A stretch of DNA of 64,000 bases from Eledone cirrhosa. Its lineage: Eukaryota. Every line of letters begins with the position of its first letter. The stretch's first letter is position 1. Of this stretch, positions 12,941 through 25,025 are shown piece by piece. The stretch is from contig OZ024740.1 in assembly GCA_964016885.1 (NCBI GenBank), positions 365,242,001 to 365,306,000 on the forward strand, written 5' to 3'. The notes under the pieces were generated by a model. The model worked only from the letters and a program-made list of their open reading frames with translations. It did not search any database and was not told the DNA's origin. The translations under genes were made by a program, and so were the position numbers.

Positions 12941-14500
12941 GAGCTTAGAGGCTCATCAATTCAGGGTTTATGCAGGTTTCTTTGCATTAAACAACTGAAA
13001 GTACAACCCGCCACAAGGCTATGCGATTGTGAAGTGAACTTCTTAACCACACAGCTATCTATGCCTGTGTTTCTATTTGAAAATATGTTATCTGGAAATT
13101 TTCCATAATAAATTTCCAGGTAACATATATTTTTGAAATCTGAAATAAAATATCTAAATAAAGTATTGCTGAAAAGAAAAAAATGTTATTAGATTTTTAA
13201 ATGATAAAGTTGTTTATAGGCAAGCCTGTATTAGAAATATAAGAAATTACACAATTATTAATATGATGGAAGTTACTAAAATATCTCTGATAACAAGGTT
13301 TATGAATAGAATTTTAGAAAAATGTGGTTTTGAGTTCACTTTCATTGTGTGGCACGTTGGGCAATTATCTTCAACTATAACCTCAGGTTGACCAATGCCA
13401 TGTGAGTGGTATTTGGTAGATAAAATCTGCCGAAGCCCATTGTATGTGTCTGTGTTTATATCCTGTAACTTAGCATTCAGCAAAAGGAAATCAATACTAG
13501 GAATTATTTTTAAAATCCCAGACTTGAAAAATATATGTACTGGAGTTAATATAATCGACTAAATTCCTTGGTGGCCCCAGCATGGCTGCAGTCTAATGGC
13601 TGAAACCAGTGAACGAATAAATGAAATAAAAAATATTTGGATGGGGGTGGGGTTCTTATGAAGGAAGATTTTTTTTTTTTTCATAGTCGCAATGAAACTC
13701 TCCTGCAATTCACACTACAATATCCTCTTTTACCAGTTTTGATCATTGGACTGCTGCGGCCATACTAGAGCACTGCCTTCTAGAGTTTTGTTTTTTAAGT
13801 TGATGCTTATTTCATCAATCTAAGTTACAGGATATAAACAAATGTAACCACAGACATACACTCACAGTGTATATAATCATTAAAACGTCCACTTCCCTGC
13901 TGGCAAAGGTGGTCTATATATATAAACAAACATATGATGGCCTCTTGCACTGCTTATGCTTACCAAATGTCCCTGACAAGGGATTTGTCAACCCTAGACT
14001 ATATGGTAAAATACACACTTGCAAAAGGTGCTAGCCATGCAGTAGAACCAAAACCCAAATCACATAGTTGCAAAGTGAACTCTTTAACCACATGATCATA
14101 CCTGGCAAATTTATGACTAATTTGCTGAATTTGTCAAATTTCTACTTATTAAATCAGTTAATAGTAGTTATACTTTAGGTTCTTTTTATTGAATTTTTCT
14201 TCTTTCTTTTAAAACATTTGTAAAGGCAACAAATTGGTAGTGGTTGGATAGAATGCCTTACTGTGTTGTTCCAGCTGTGTTCTGAGTTCAAATCCTGTCT
14301 AGTTCTACTTTGCATTTCATCCTTTTGAGGTTGATAAAGTGCTATTCCTGTACTGAGCTCGATTCTTTTTCTATCTCCTTTTCTTTAATATATCTGCTGT
14401 GTTCAAACCTAGATAGAGGTAGGCATCACCAAGTTTAAGTGCCCAAGTCATGACAGCATTCCTATGACTCCATCAGGAAATGAAGGCCAATGGATGGACG

Positions 14501-14843
14501 TCATCATCATCATCATTTCATTTTACGTCCTCTTTTCCCTGCTTGCAAGGGTGGGACGGGAACTGATTCTGGCTTGATTTCTACAGCTGGATGCCCTTCC
14601 TAACACCAACCTCATTTACAGTGAGTGCTGGGTGCTTTTTTGCCGTGGCACCTCCACGACCACTTTGCAGTGGAATGATATGGATCCCAGTCCCTATCAT
14701 CTCATTTCTACAGCTGAGTAAACTGGGGCAATGTGAAATAAAGTGTCTTGCTCAAGGAAACAACACATCACCCAGTCTGAGAATTGAACTCACAACCTTT
14801 CGATTGCAAGGCCAATGCTCTAACCACTAAGCCATGTGCCTCC
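14501..14843 (-). mobile_element. tRNA-derived CORE-type SINE with RTE-derived tail
   Basis: TGGCTTAGTGG and GAGTTCAATTC boxes, CCTTGAGCAAGACACTTTA (CORE-like), tail ending GGACGTAAAATGA..(GAT)n. Confidence 0.88.
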
Positions 14844-15825
14844 ATGTATTTGTAACTATTATTCCTCTCTTCCTGTTTCTCTTTCTCAATGTGTAAGCTG
14901 CTCTTATATGCAAGTTAAATGTCTAAATTTCTCTTGTCTTTTTTCCTACAAACAGCAGCAGTTTTTTCCCCCCCATATCATATTGAGTATGTACAGCTTA
15001 TATATTGATTATCTACAGCTTACATATTGATTAGTGTCAAAAAACATTTTCTTCCTACAAAAATAAATGTGCTCCTATCCTTGCTTTCCATGATTATCAT
15101 TTTGAGCCAAGTCGAGTTTGTTTCTCTATTTCATTTTCTTTAACATACTCGTACACACACAGTTTCACCATATACACACACTTGTACGCGCACGACACAC
15201 TTCGTCCCTTTCGACTTTATGAATTCAATGTAAAAAATGCCCTCTTTTTATGCACCTTGACTGGTGTGGTGTAATGTGTGGTTTGCTGTATTGTTATGTG
15301 TAGTGTGTGAGTAATGTAGTGGTATGGCTTGGTTTAGTGTAGCGGGTGGGATGTGTCACGAGGTATGTTTAGTATGGTGCAAGTAGTGTAGTGTCTGCAT
15401 GGTTAAGGAGAGCAAGTGTCATTTACCATAACCTTGGTTCAACCCAAACCTTGTGAGTAAAATTGAGTAGACGAAAGTTGTTTGGAATCCTGTCAAATGA
15501 ACTATACCTGTAATATAAAGAGCCAATCTTGCTACACAAAATTACCTTATGGCCACACATGCCTAAACAACGAGCAGAATGTTCCATTGATAGAACAGCA
15601 GAAACACACCCATCGAAACCGTCAAAGGTCCATTTCTAGGTGTAATGTAGTGTGTGTGTGTGTGTTGCCAGTGGTTTCTGGGACACACTTTAGTGATTCT
15701 ACTAACTACTGTGGGATATTTTTAGTAAATACTGTTAGTACAAACTGCTAGCCTCTTCTCACTATCTTCCTAACTGTACTGACTGACAGCTTATTGAGGA
15801 AGTTTTCTTTCTTGTGTGTTACTTT

Positions 15826-15863
<38 letters not shown>

Positions 15864-16166
15864 ATTACACACAAATACGCACATGTGCAATTATGTATTC
15901 ATGTGCACGTGTGTGTAGTCAAGACGGCAGTTGAATTCAGTACATTTTCTTTCATAATATTTTTAACATATTTGCAAATAAAGAGGGTGGGAGGAGATAT
16001 TTTTCTGTTTTTAACTGTCGGTCCCATTATTCATTACACTATTATATTTGTTGTATATATTGCGGCATCTAAACAATCTTTACAGTTTTGTGATCAGCGG
16101 CAGTCCACGAAACTCCTAGTAGTAATCTCCTAGTATAATAAATATATTTGTATGTGTGTATATATA

Positions 16167-16326
16167 CAGGTAAAATTCCGTTATAACGAAACATTTTTCA
16201 ATCCCCGAGGCAATGAAAAAAAAAAAAGAGCTGGATTTGTTTCGGTTGATCTCGTTATAAAGAATTTTTCGTTACAACGAATTTTTTTATACCCTGTTAA
16301 TTTCGTTATAACGGAATTTCACCCTG
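16167..16326. mobile_element. Tigger/pogo-like MITE
   Basis: TIRs CAGGTAAAATTCCGTTATAACGAAA / TTTCGTTATAACGGAATTTCACCCTG, in TA/TG repeat. Confidence 0.75.
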
Positions 16327-16338
16327 TGTGTGTGTATA

Positions 16339-16681
16339 CAGTGAAATTCCGTTATAACGAAATTCACGTGGTATAAAAATATTATATATATATATCTGGT
16401 ACAGCCCATCCTGTTATGTAGCTACCTCCACTCAACTCTCTTGTTTTTGAATTGATCTGAGTATTGTGGATGTTATAAGGATTTTGTTTTGTATTTTTAT
16501 TCCCATCTGTTTCGTCCTTATAACATCCACAATACTCAGATCAATAGAAAATATTTATATTTTAAAATCAAAAACAAGAGAGTTGAGTGGAGGTAGCTAC
16601 ATAACAGGATGGGCTGGATGTACCAGATATATATATAATATTTTTATACCTCGTGAATTTCGTTATAACGAAATTTCACTG
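16339..16681. mobile_element. Near-fully palindromic Tigger/pogo-like MITE
   Basis: CAGTGAAATTCCGTTATAACGAAATTCACG...CGTGAATTTCGTTATAACGAAATTTCACTG. Arms pair over ~140 bp. Confidence 0.82.
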
Positions 16682-16704
16682 TGTGTGTATATATATATAT
16701 ATAT

Positions 16705-16852
16705 ATATTTAATTAGAAAGTGAACAGCACAATATATAACTACTCGTTTGGTAATTGAGTAGTTATATATTGTTGTTCACTTTCTAATTAAATATCTCTG
16801 TTTTATACATAGAGCACTCTTTTTTCCTTTACTTTTTCTTCGGAAATACTTA
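16705..16852 (+). mobile_element. Hairpin-plus-tail insertion in (TA)n (PLE-type end)
   Basis: Near-perfect ~40-bp inverted arms at 16705-16795. The tail TACATAGAGCACTCTTTTTT is shared with 34514-34633. Confidence 0.6.
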
Positions 16853-16861
16853 CACACACAT

Positions 16862-17040
16862 ATTTATAGTTCAAAATGACAAAGAAACGCAGGAGTCAAT
16901 GATACATAGTTTTATTTAGCTTCTCGTTTGGTGAGAATGGGGAGGGGGTGTTTACGGCGTTTCGGACATAGGTCCTTCGTCAGGTGAGTGGGGGGGGGCA
17001 CTCCGAGAGGGGGAGTTAGCAAGAGAAACACACACACATG
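16862..17040 (-). mobile_element. PLE pLTR remnant with hammerhead core (16953-16983)
   Basis: Minus strand reads CTGACGA A GGAC-CTAT-GTCC GAAAC GCC GTA, followed by AATAAA. No obvious stem I. Confidence 0.6.
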
Positions 17041-17497
17041 TATGTATATATATATATATAAAGATGATAACGAGGCATTTCTTTTCTCTAAAATGAGGAG
17101 CATGTAATACTTGATGTCGTCGTTGTGATATATAGACTTTCACAAACCTATTTACCTCCTTTTGACTGACCCAACTCCTCAAGGAATTTCAGTGAAATAA
17201 ATCATTTTCAACACGTGTGTGTGTGAGCGCATAAGTGTGTATGTGTGTCTGCGCATGCATCTCTCTCTCTCTATCTATCTATCTCTCTATCTGTGTGTGT
17301 GCCTGTGTTGGCTTGCATTCGTGTGTGTGTGTATCTGCCTGAGCATCTGTGTGTGTGTGCGCCTGTCTTAGCTTGCATGCATGTGTATTTCATACAGTGA
17401 AGGAAAGGAGAAAAGTTTATTTATTTAATTATATTTACTCCGCCTGGTATTAGTGTGTGTGTGTGTGTCGGGGGGGGGGGGGGGGGGTTATCAAAAG

Positions 17498-17803
17498 TAC
17501 ACCCACAGCAGGGAGAACTAGTATTATGAGGGGTGGGGTCGAATAGTACACTCACCCACAACAGTGTGAATTAGTATGAGGGGTGGGGTCGAATGGTACA
17601 CTCACCCACAGCAGTGTTGACTTTTAGGATAGAACGAAAGAGAAAAGGAAAGGCGAAGAGAAAGTTAAATGTTTAAAATGGGAGTGGGCAAACTGTACAT
17701 GCTTGGGTGAATGGTATATCTCAGCTGTGCCCTGTGGACAAGACGGCAATAGCTTGGGTGAATGGTATATCTCAGCTGTGCCCTGTGGACAAGACGGCAA
17801 TAG
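17498..17803. repeat. Two local tandem duplications (~50-bp x2.5 and 51-bp x2)
   Basis: GAGGGGTGGGGTCGAAT..GTACACTCACCCAC repeat, and GCTTGGGTGAATGG..GACGGCAATA x2. Confidence 0.8.
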
Positions 17804-18678
17804 CATTGCCGCAGAAAATAGCCAGCAGCACCCACTGCATCAAACATTCCATCCTATAGAAACAACTCTACACCTTTGGCTAAACAGTACATGTTTAGGG
17901 TAATGGCTTGTGAAAGGAATTTAGTAGACGGAAACTTCAGAAGACCACGGTGTATATATTCTTAGCACTTCGACAAAGTGATTAACTAAATCAAGGCAGT
18001 GTCCCAGCATGCCCGCAGTTTAATGATTAAAACCAGTAAAATCACACACACACACATATACATATACACGCTATGTATTTGTTAAATACATCTCTTCGCA
18101 CACTGAGTGCATACGAAATGATATGCGAAATTTTGAAACCATGTCCTAATCCTCTCAAGAGGAAACACACACAACTTCCATAACTGTTTTAAATAAAGTG
18201 TGAGGGGGAGGGGGGGGGGGGGTAGAAAGAAAGGCGTAAATTTATATAGTGATAGGGAAGAAGCAAAAGAGAAAGGATGAGAGTGACGAAGTATAGGAGA
18301 ATACATAAAGATAGATAGACATTTCTCCAAGTAACCAATTTTGCATAAAATTCTATAGTTGCGTTTACAAAAGGTTTTATCTATATAAATTGTAAAAATA
18401 TTAACAATTTGAAGGAAAATAATGTGATTTGGCTATTATTTCTTACAAGTTCAGCGACTGTGTAGCCGATTTACCTTCGAATATATATGTATCCATGCAT
18501 ATATACACACATACATTTGAAGGTGGATCGGTTATGGTCACTAAACCTATTAAAAATAACCCCCAAATCACAGATTACTTTCTTCAAATTGTTAATAATT
18601 TGTGACTTTCGTCATCATCATCACCGTTTAACGTCCCATTAGACGCTGCAACGTAACGTGTGTGTGTGTGTGTGAGAG

Positions 18679-18717
<39 letters not shown>

Positions 18718-19259
18718 TTGCTTTTAATATTTTCACCATCATATAGTTCCATTTACATGAATTAAAATGATAACAATTTGAACAAAAATAATCTGTGATT
18801 TGGCTGTTATTTCTCATAGATTCTTGTAGAAAATCCATGTATCTGTTTGTTTTTCCAACGGCAACAATACCTAAAGGTAGACACACCAGCTGTGACCAAA
18901 CTGTCTTTTTAAGCATATGTGTAGGATCACATTCAGTGTCTCTTTAAGACAATTGAGTGTGGTTTGGCTGCTATTTCTAATAGGTTTAACGACCATGTAG
19001 AAAATCTACCTTTAAATAAAAACAAAATGTATGAAGAATATAGATGTGTTCTAGATTTATCACATTTACATTATTGATCGATATACTAGAAGCAACAACC
19101 AAAAATAGGTAGATACATAAAAGCATGCATACAACCACCCCCCCCCCCCCCCCCCCCCCCTTCTATGAAGCAAAGATCAACATCTGCTCCAGACGATCTA
19201 AGAAAAGGTTATCCAGACATTTTCCAGACATCAGACAAGTGACAATTTAAAAAAGTGAT

Positions 19260-19530
19260 GTTAGTGGAATAGTCTATGTGGGAAAGATGGATGAGAAATG
19301 TTCTAATTGTGACGCATGGAGGTTGCTGAAGGAAAAATTCTTTAGGAACTTCCAGAGAAATGCTCCATTCAATTTCTTTTGTTGTAATGGACAGGCGCCA
19401 CTGCCATCCAATTCCCCATTCACCTCCCGGGATTAAAGAATTGTTAAATTAAATTACTAAGCCTGTCAAATTTAGATCTAATATTAAAGCTTATAACTCA
19501 TACTTCGGTTTTCACATCTTCAGACATAAC
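19260..19530 (+). pseudogene. Helitron Rep/helicase N-terminal fragment
   Basis: VYVGKMDEKCSNCDAWR..E..CCNGQAPLP, a frameshift, then PPGIKELL..KFRSNIKAYNSYF. Matches the Helitron pattern G-x-M-x3-CxxC..CC-x-G..F-x2-NIR-x-YNS. Confidence 0.75.
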
Positions 19531-19879
19531 TGGTACTAAATAATTACGTCATAATCAATTGGGAGTGTATGTACAATCAGTAGATGGTGGGTTTCCATTG
19601 ATTACCCTTTTTATTGAATTATCTCCACAAATCAGGAATCACGACCATCTGCAGTTCCCATTGCTACTTTCATCTAAATAAATATAAAAATAAAGAGGCT
19701 TTAACTCAACTCATGATGGAGTTGTAGGGGTACTACTGCCTTGTGCATTTAAACATAGCGCCTTATTTCCAAATATACTATAGGAATATGTAATACAGTG
19801 ATATTAATGCAGAAGACTTTATCCTTAAGATAGTGTGTGCGTGTTTTATATCGGAGAGAAACTTTGGAATGAGAGGGGC

Positions 19880-20500
19880 AAAAACTGGACACCAAGATAC
19901 AGGTTTATAACGCTGTTATACTGACCACACTTTTATATAGATCAGAATCTTGGAGACCATATAGATCACACATATCAACCAACTAGAGGTCTTTCATAAT
20001 GGTTGTTTTCGTGCAATCTATGGGTGCACATTCTAAGACAAAATATCTAATGCTGACCTCTTCACTAAATGCAAGATTGGGGGCATTGGAATCTTTCTTA
20101 TGAAATCACAACTACGCTGGGCTGACAGCCAGTTTGATGGTGGATATAGAAATGTTATGCGGCTATGGCTCAGGTAGAAAGACAAGCTGAAGAGTAATCT
20201 TTCAGCCACCAATATACCTTGTGAGATATTTGAGCAAGTGGCCTTGGAGCGGAAGTACTGGAGATTTGTGTCATAATGGGATGAGGAACTTTGAGTCCGG
20301 GGTGTATCCATGGGTTGCAAAAAAGGCAGAGAAAAGCATTATCAAACATACCGGCAATATTATCCAGTAAACCTATCTTAATACGATTTGTGGATTTGCT
20401 TGCAAATCCTTGTCAGGTCTAAAATGTCATACTCGATGTAAATATCCAAACTTAATAGGTTGTTCCGATCCTCATACATCGAAATTGACGGGAGAGTCCA
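19880..20500 (+). mobile_element. Decayed RTE LINE 3' fragment (different family)
   Basis: Reads VILTTLLYRSESW and later RT C-terminal-like segments, with frameshifts. Confidence 0.6.
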
Positions 20501-20911
20501 TTTTATATATATATATATATATAGTAAATGATTTTTAAAAGCCGGTACAATGCGGTAGAAAATATGAAGGTAAAAGAAAGAAAACGAAAAAATGTAAAGT
20601 AATATTTTACCCAGTGTATTATGGTATATTTCAGGGTTATTACTTCTTTTCACACACACTCACACATGCAAATAAATATGGAAGCATTGAACAAAAAAAC
20701 TGAACCAGATCTGTCCACTTCAAAAAGCACTGATCTGGTCAAACAGGATAGATACGGTCAAAAATTCAGCTTTTGAAAAAAAAAAAAAAAATCCAGTTTA
20801 AAAAAGTCTCGGGCGCATTGTTCAAAGCTTCTAAGTATAATTTCAAATTCATTCAAGTTTTATAACAATGCTTCCAAATACCTCTAAAATTAAATCTTCA
20901 GATTTACACAT

Positions 20912-20944
<33 letters not shown>

Positions 20945-21159
20945 TCCACCTGGTATCTCACCACACCCTCTTTGTTATATACACACACATAATGATGCCG
21001 CTCTGCTCCTATTCCTTTTCAAATGTGTTTCTCCCACAACTATATGTAGATTGTTGCCATAATACTCCCTGCATAGATTTCTTCCTGCTGTCCATGACAG
21101 TTCTTTCGTTTAAGCTTCCACTTCGAAATTACTCTTGCTTTTATACCCATTCATATATG

Positions 21160-21215
21160 TATATATATATATATAATGTGTGTGTGTATACACACACACG
21201 CACCTCTCTCTCTCT

Positions 21216-21254
<39 letters not shown>

Positions 21255-21362
21255 ATGTGTGTGTATACACACACGCACCTCTCTCTCTCTCCCTATATAT
21301 ATATATATATATATATAATGTGTGTGTGTGTATACACACACGCACCTCTCTCACTATATATA
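21160..21362. repeat. Higher-order repeat of a compound microsatellite (TA)n-(TG)n-(CA)n-(CT)n x3
   Basis: Three units with TAATG..TATACACACACGCACCTCTCTC anchors. Confidence 0.85.
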
Positions 21363-21700
21363 TGTATGAAGAGACATGTATGTGTGTGTGTATATATTAT
21401 ATAGGTGTATTTATACACACACACACACACACAGATTTACATCATACACACTTCAACAGCATTTTAATCAAAGTGTGTGTATATATATATATTATATATT
21501 TCTAGTTCATTATAGTACATTCTGTGTAGATAGCTTTTACTACACTGCTGTCACCAGCTCTCCAACAGCAATACCCCCCCCCCTCTCTCTCTCTCCGTAA
21601 AAGCGCACGTACACACACCCCACTCTCTGCTATATAGTACATGTACACACTTTCTTCCTCTCTCTCTATTTACTACAAACACACACATGCTCTATATGTG

Positions 21701-21868
21701 GGTAAGGTCGGACGCCATGCTTTGACGCATAGAGTTACGGCCCTTGCCATTCTGAGTTCAAATCCCGCCGAGGTTAACTTTGCCTTTCATCCTTACGGGG
21801 TCGATAAAATAAAGTACCAGTAATACACTGGGTAATTGCTGGCCTTGTGCCAAAAGTAGAAACAATTA
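21701..21868 (+). mobile_element. Nin/Deu-like SINE (5'-truncated)
   Basis: Near-identical to the other copies. Confidence 0.88.
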
Positions 21869-21992
21869 TATATATATACTTGCTACTTTACTCAATGTTT
21901 CATTTAAATATTTTGTCACTCCTTCGTTGGCCGCTCTGGTAACTACAACTAATTAATGACTATGCTGTGTGAAGGTGTCATCAGGTAATATG

Positions 21993-22071
21993 CAGGGTGT
22001 CCCCCAAAAATGTATACACACTTCAACAGCATTCTAATAAAAGTATGTATACTGTTTTGGGGGACACCCTG
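21993..22071. mobile_element. 79-bp Tc1/mariner-type MITE
   Basis: Perfect 17-bp TIRs CAGGGTGTCCCCCAAAA / TTTTGGGGGACACCCTG. Confidence 0.78.
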
Positions 22072-22087
22072 TGTGTGTGTATGTATG

Positions 22088-22121
<34 letters not shown>

Positions 22122-22123
<2 letters not shown>

Positions 22124-22412
22124 GTTGTCCCCCGGTATTCCCGGAGGTTACGTTCCTAGATCCCCGCGAATGTAGTACGTGGTCCATAAAAATACCTATA
22201 AACGTCAAAACATAATGTAAGATATAGGCCGGCAAATACGGTGTATTGTTATTAATAATTTAGTGTTTAAAAGCGTGAAAGACTATATATTGCCACGAAA
22301 AAGCCATAAAAAAATCGCAGAAGATATTTACGATTCCGCGAATATGCGGTGCTTTCCACGAACAGTTATTAGTTATTATAAGGAAAATTCCGCGAATGCC
22401 GGGGGTATACAG
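22122..22412. mobile_element. Tigger-like MITE
   Basis: Imperfect TIRs CAGTTGTCCCCCGGTATTCCCGG / CCGCGAATGCCGGGGGTATACAG, with internal CCGCGAAT repeats. Confidence 0.72.
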
Positions 22413-22435
22413 TATATATATATATATATATATAT

Positions 22436-22570
22436 TACGAGCTGAGGAGCCGCTAAGGTGAAACAATTGTTCTCGCTATGGTGAACTAACTGTTGTGTAA
22501 CCACTTCTACCTAGCTCGTCCCATGGACTGAGTGCTCTACCACTACGGATATTACCTTTCAGTGTTCTAC

Positions 22571-22574
<4 letters not shown>
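22436..22574 (+). mobile_element. Short PLE pLTR remnant in (TA)n
   Basis: Carries the hammerhead. Its tail GAACTAAC..GGACTGAGTGCTCTAC..GGATAT..CACTATATA is shared with 24895-25025 and 31400-31567. Confidence 0.7.
22438..22475 (+). ncRNA. Minimal type I hammerhead ribozyme
   Basis: CGAG CTGAGGA GCC-GCTAA-GGT GAAAC AATT GTT CTCG. All core nucleotides are present, with a 4-bp stem I, 3-bp stem II, palindromic AATT loop III and GUU site. Confidence 0.82.
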
Positions 22575-22625
<51 letters not shown>

Positions 22626-22705
22626 TTGACTCGCTGCAGCACCATAACTGTACAAGGAAAAGTTGGTGCTAAAAGACCATTATTCAGAGCGGACTCTTAA
22701 AAGGT

Positions 22706-22912
22706 AATTGTTTCTACTTTAGGCACAAGACCAGCAATTTGAAGGGGGGGGGGTAGTCGATTAAATCGACCTCAGTGCAATACTGGTACTTTATTTTATC
22801 GATCCCGTAAGGATGAAAGGCAGAGCTTACCTCAGCGGAATTTGAAATCAGAACGTAAAGGGTCGTAACTATACGGCGAAGCATGGTGTCCAACGTTCTA
22901 CTGTTATTGCCA
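22706..22912 (-). mobile_element. Nin/Deu-like SINE, older subfamily
   Basis: Same domains plus an extra GGGG..GTCGATTAAATCGAC segment. Confidence 0.8.
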
Positions 22913-24078
22913 AAGAGATAATGTTATGAATACATTGTTTTTTAATATCTTGTAAATATATAATGTAGAACTAGGCAGAACAGTAAAAATACCATTTACA
23001 CTACACTCTTCTTGGAAGTTTATACAGCACTTTTTCGGGTAGTGAGAAATCATACCAATCACCTTTATTAAATTGACAATTAGTAAATTAAAGATTGAGC
23101 TGTCGATAAAAATACATGCACCAGTGAAATTTCCGTTCGATTTTATTGTTAGTCAGGTAACTAGGACAATGAATTAGCTGATCGTTTGAGCATCGCACAG
23201 AATACTTTGTGGCATTAAGTTACGTCTTTCATGTTGTGACTTCAAATCCCGCCTTGGTCAACCTAGTCTTTCATCCTTCAGGGGCCGATAAAGTACCATT
23301 CATCTATGTACTGGGGCTGATGCCATCTGCTTTCCCTCCCCACAAATTGTTGGCCTTGTGTCTAAATTAGAAATCATTAGTCATGTAACTAATCAGGAAA
23401 GGCAAGATGGAATAACTAGAAGAAAAAATGAGGCAGAGACAGCCATTGAGAAAGTTACAGAATGTGTGACGAAAGAGCTTTGGCAATTAAATAACCATCC
23501 AGTTACTAAACCAACCAATGAATGAATTAGTTATAATAAAACCGAAGTGAAATTCAACTGGTGCATTTGTTTTTGTTGGTAACACATGATCCTCCCAAAG
23601 TATAACAATATCTGTTTCAACTCACGATTTCGCACTAAGAATCTGGCAATACAAAAACAAAGTATATACACACACACGCGCACACGCACACACACTATAA
23701 TAACTTGCTGTAGTTAGTATTAATGAAAATAGTGTTTTAATGTTTTTATATGTTGTTGCTGTTTAGACCCAGGACAGTCTAGATTTCATAGATATGACTC
23801 GTTTTAAAAATAGCCGATTAAAGGGTAATTTGGTTGCTATTTCTAGCACATAGGAGCTGCCACATTGTCTCCTACGTGTGTTAGGATACTAAATTATGGC
23901 ATAGTTTAATCCATTCCTACCTCAAAAATATTTTCATATGTAAATATTTGCAATACATATACGTTTTCAATTTGCAGAAAAGTACATGTCTATATATATA
24001 TCCTATGTGCAAATTCATATACACATGTACAGTGTCAGTTACTTCTGTACTGTGTATAGATATACATTTATTAGTATA

Positions 24079-24253
24079 CAGTATCAGTAGAGAGTCGGAC
24101 GCTATGCTTTCCAGCATAGTTACGTTCCTTTACGATCTGAGTTCAAATCCCGCCGAGGTTGACTTTGCCTTTCATCCTTACAGGGTCTATAAAATAAAGT
24201 ACCAGTAATGCACTGGGTAATTGCTGGCCTTGTGCCAAAAGTAGAAACAATTA
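24079..24253 (+). mobile_element. Nin/Deu-like SINE
   Basis: Matches 7641-7829. Confidence 0.88.
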
Positions 24254-24272
24254 TTATACTTAAGATACAGCT

Positions 24273-24305
<33 letters not shown>

Positions 24306-24894
24306 GTAGATAAAATAGATTTGTGTTATATTTTCTTGTTTCGCTCAATACCTACAGTTTAGCACCCACGTTCTTATCTCGGTTTTGTCTCATAATTTTC
24401 TTAAGCCTTTTTAGAAAATACTGCCTATCATTTTCAAATAATTTTGAAAATAGTCAAGATTTAGGAAGAATTTAGTAATATAACTTTCTCATTATTAAAT
24501 TAGTGTCCGGAACATAACTTAACAAAGGTTCATACATAAAATTATGATGTAAGAGTTTTAGATAAAGATGAACACACCACACCTTTCAATTTCCTGTTGA
24601 TAATGAATATCTATCAAGATAATGTCATAGATCTTCTACAGGAACGTAATATTATTTCTGCAGTTATGAATTGTAAAATAAGAAAAAATAGAGATTTTTT
24701 TTAAATCAACATAATCGTAATGTACACATTTGAAAAATGTATCTCTGCAAAATTCCATTTTTAAAGAATATACATTATTAAGGAAGTTATGAAGAATCAT
24801 TCGTGTTAGATATGCCGTGCTGTTGGGCTAACAATATACAGCAGAAACACTAACCATATACATAGAGAGACAGAGAGGGGGAGAGATAGTGTGT

Positions 24895-25025
24895 GTTCCA
24901 CAACAAATTAGCAAACCATATTCGGGGACGCGCGTTTCAGTGGAACTAACTCTATACCGAACTCATTCTTTGGGCTGAGTACTCTATTTACTATGGATAT
25001 AGCCTCCCGTTTTTTTTTACCACTA
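24895..25025 (+). mobile_element. PLE pLTR remnant with inverted 5' segment (same family as 22436)
   Basis: GTTCCAC...GTGGAAC fold-back. The inverted part contains GAAACGCGCGTC (3' half of a hammerhead). Shares the family tail. Confidence 0.62.

Noticed and set aside
13083-13128. Small AT-rich hairpin (pre-miRNA?)
   Set aside because: The stem is too short for a pre-miRNA and is more likely a tiny fold-back remnant.
20868-21600. Cluster of overlapping ORFs rich in YI/CV/TH/RE
   Set aside because: Translations of dinucleotide microsatellites, not genes.
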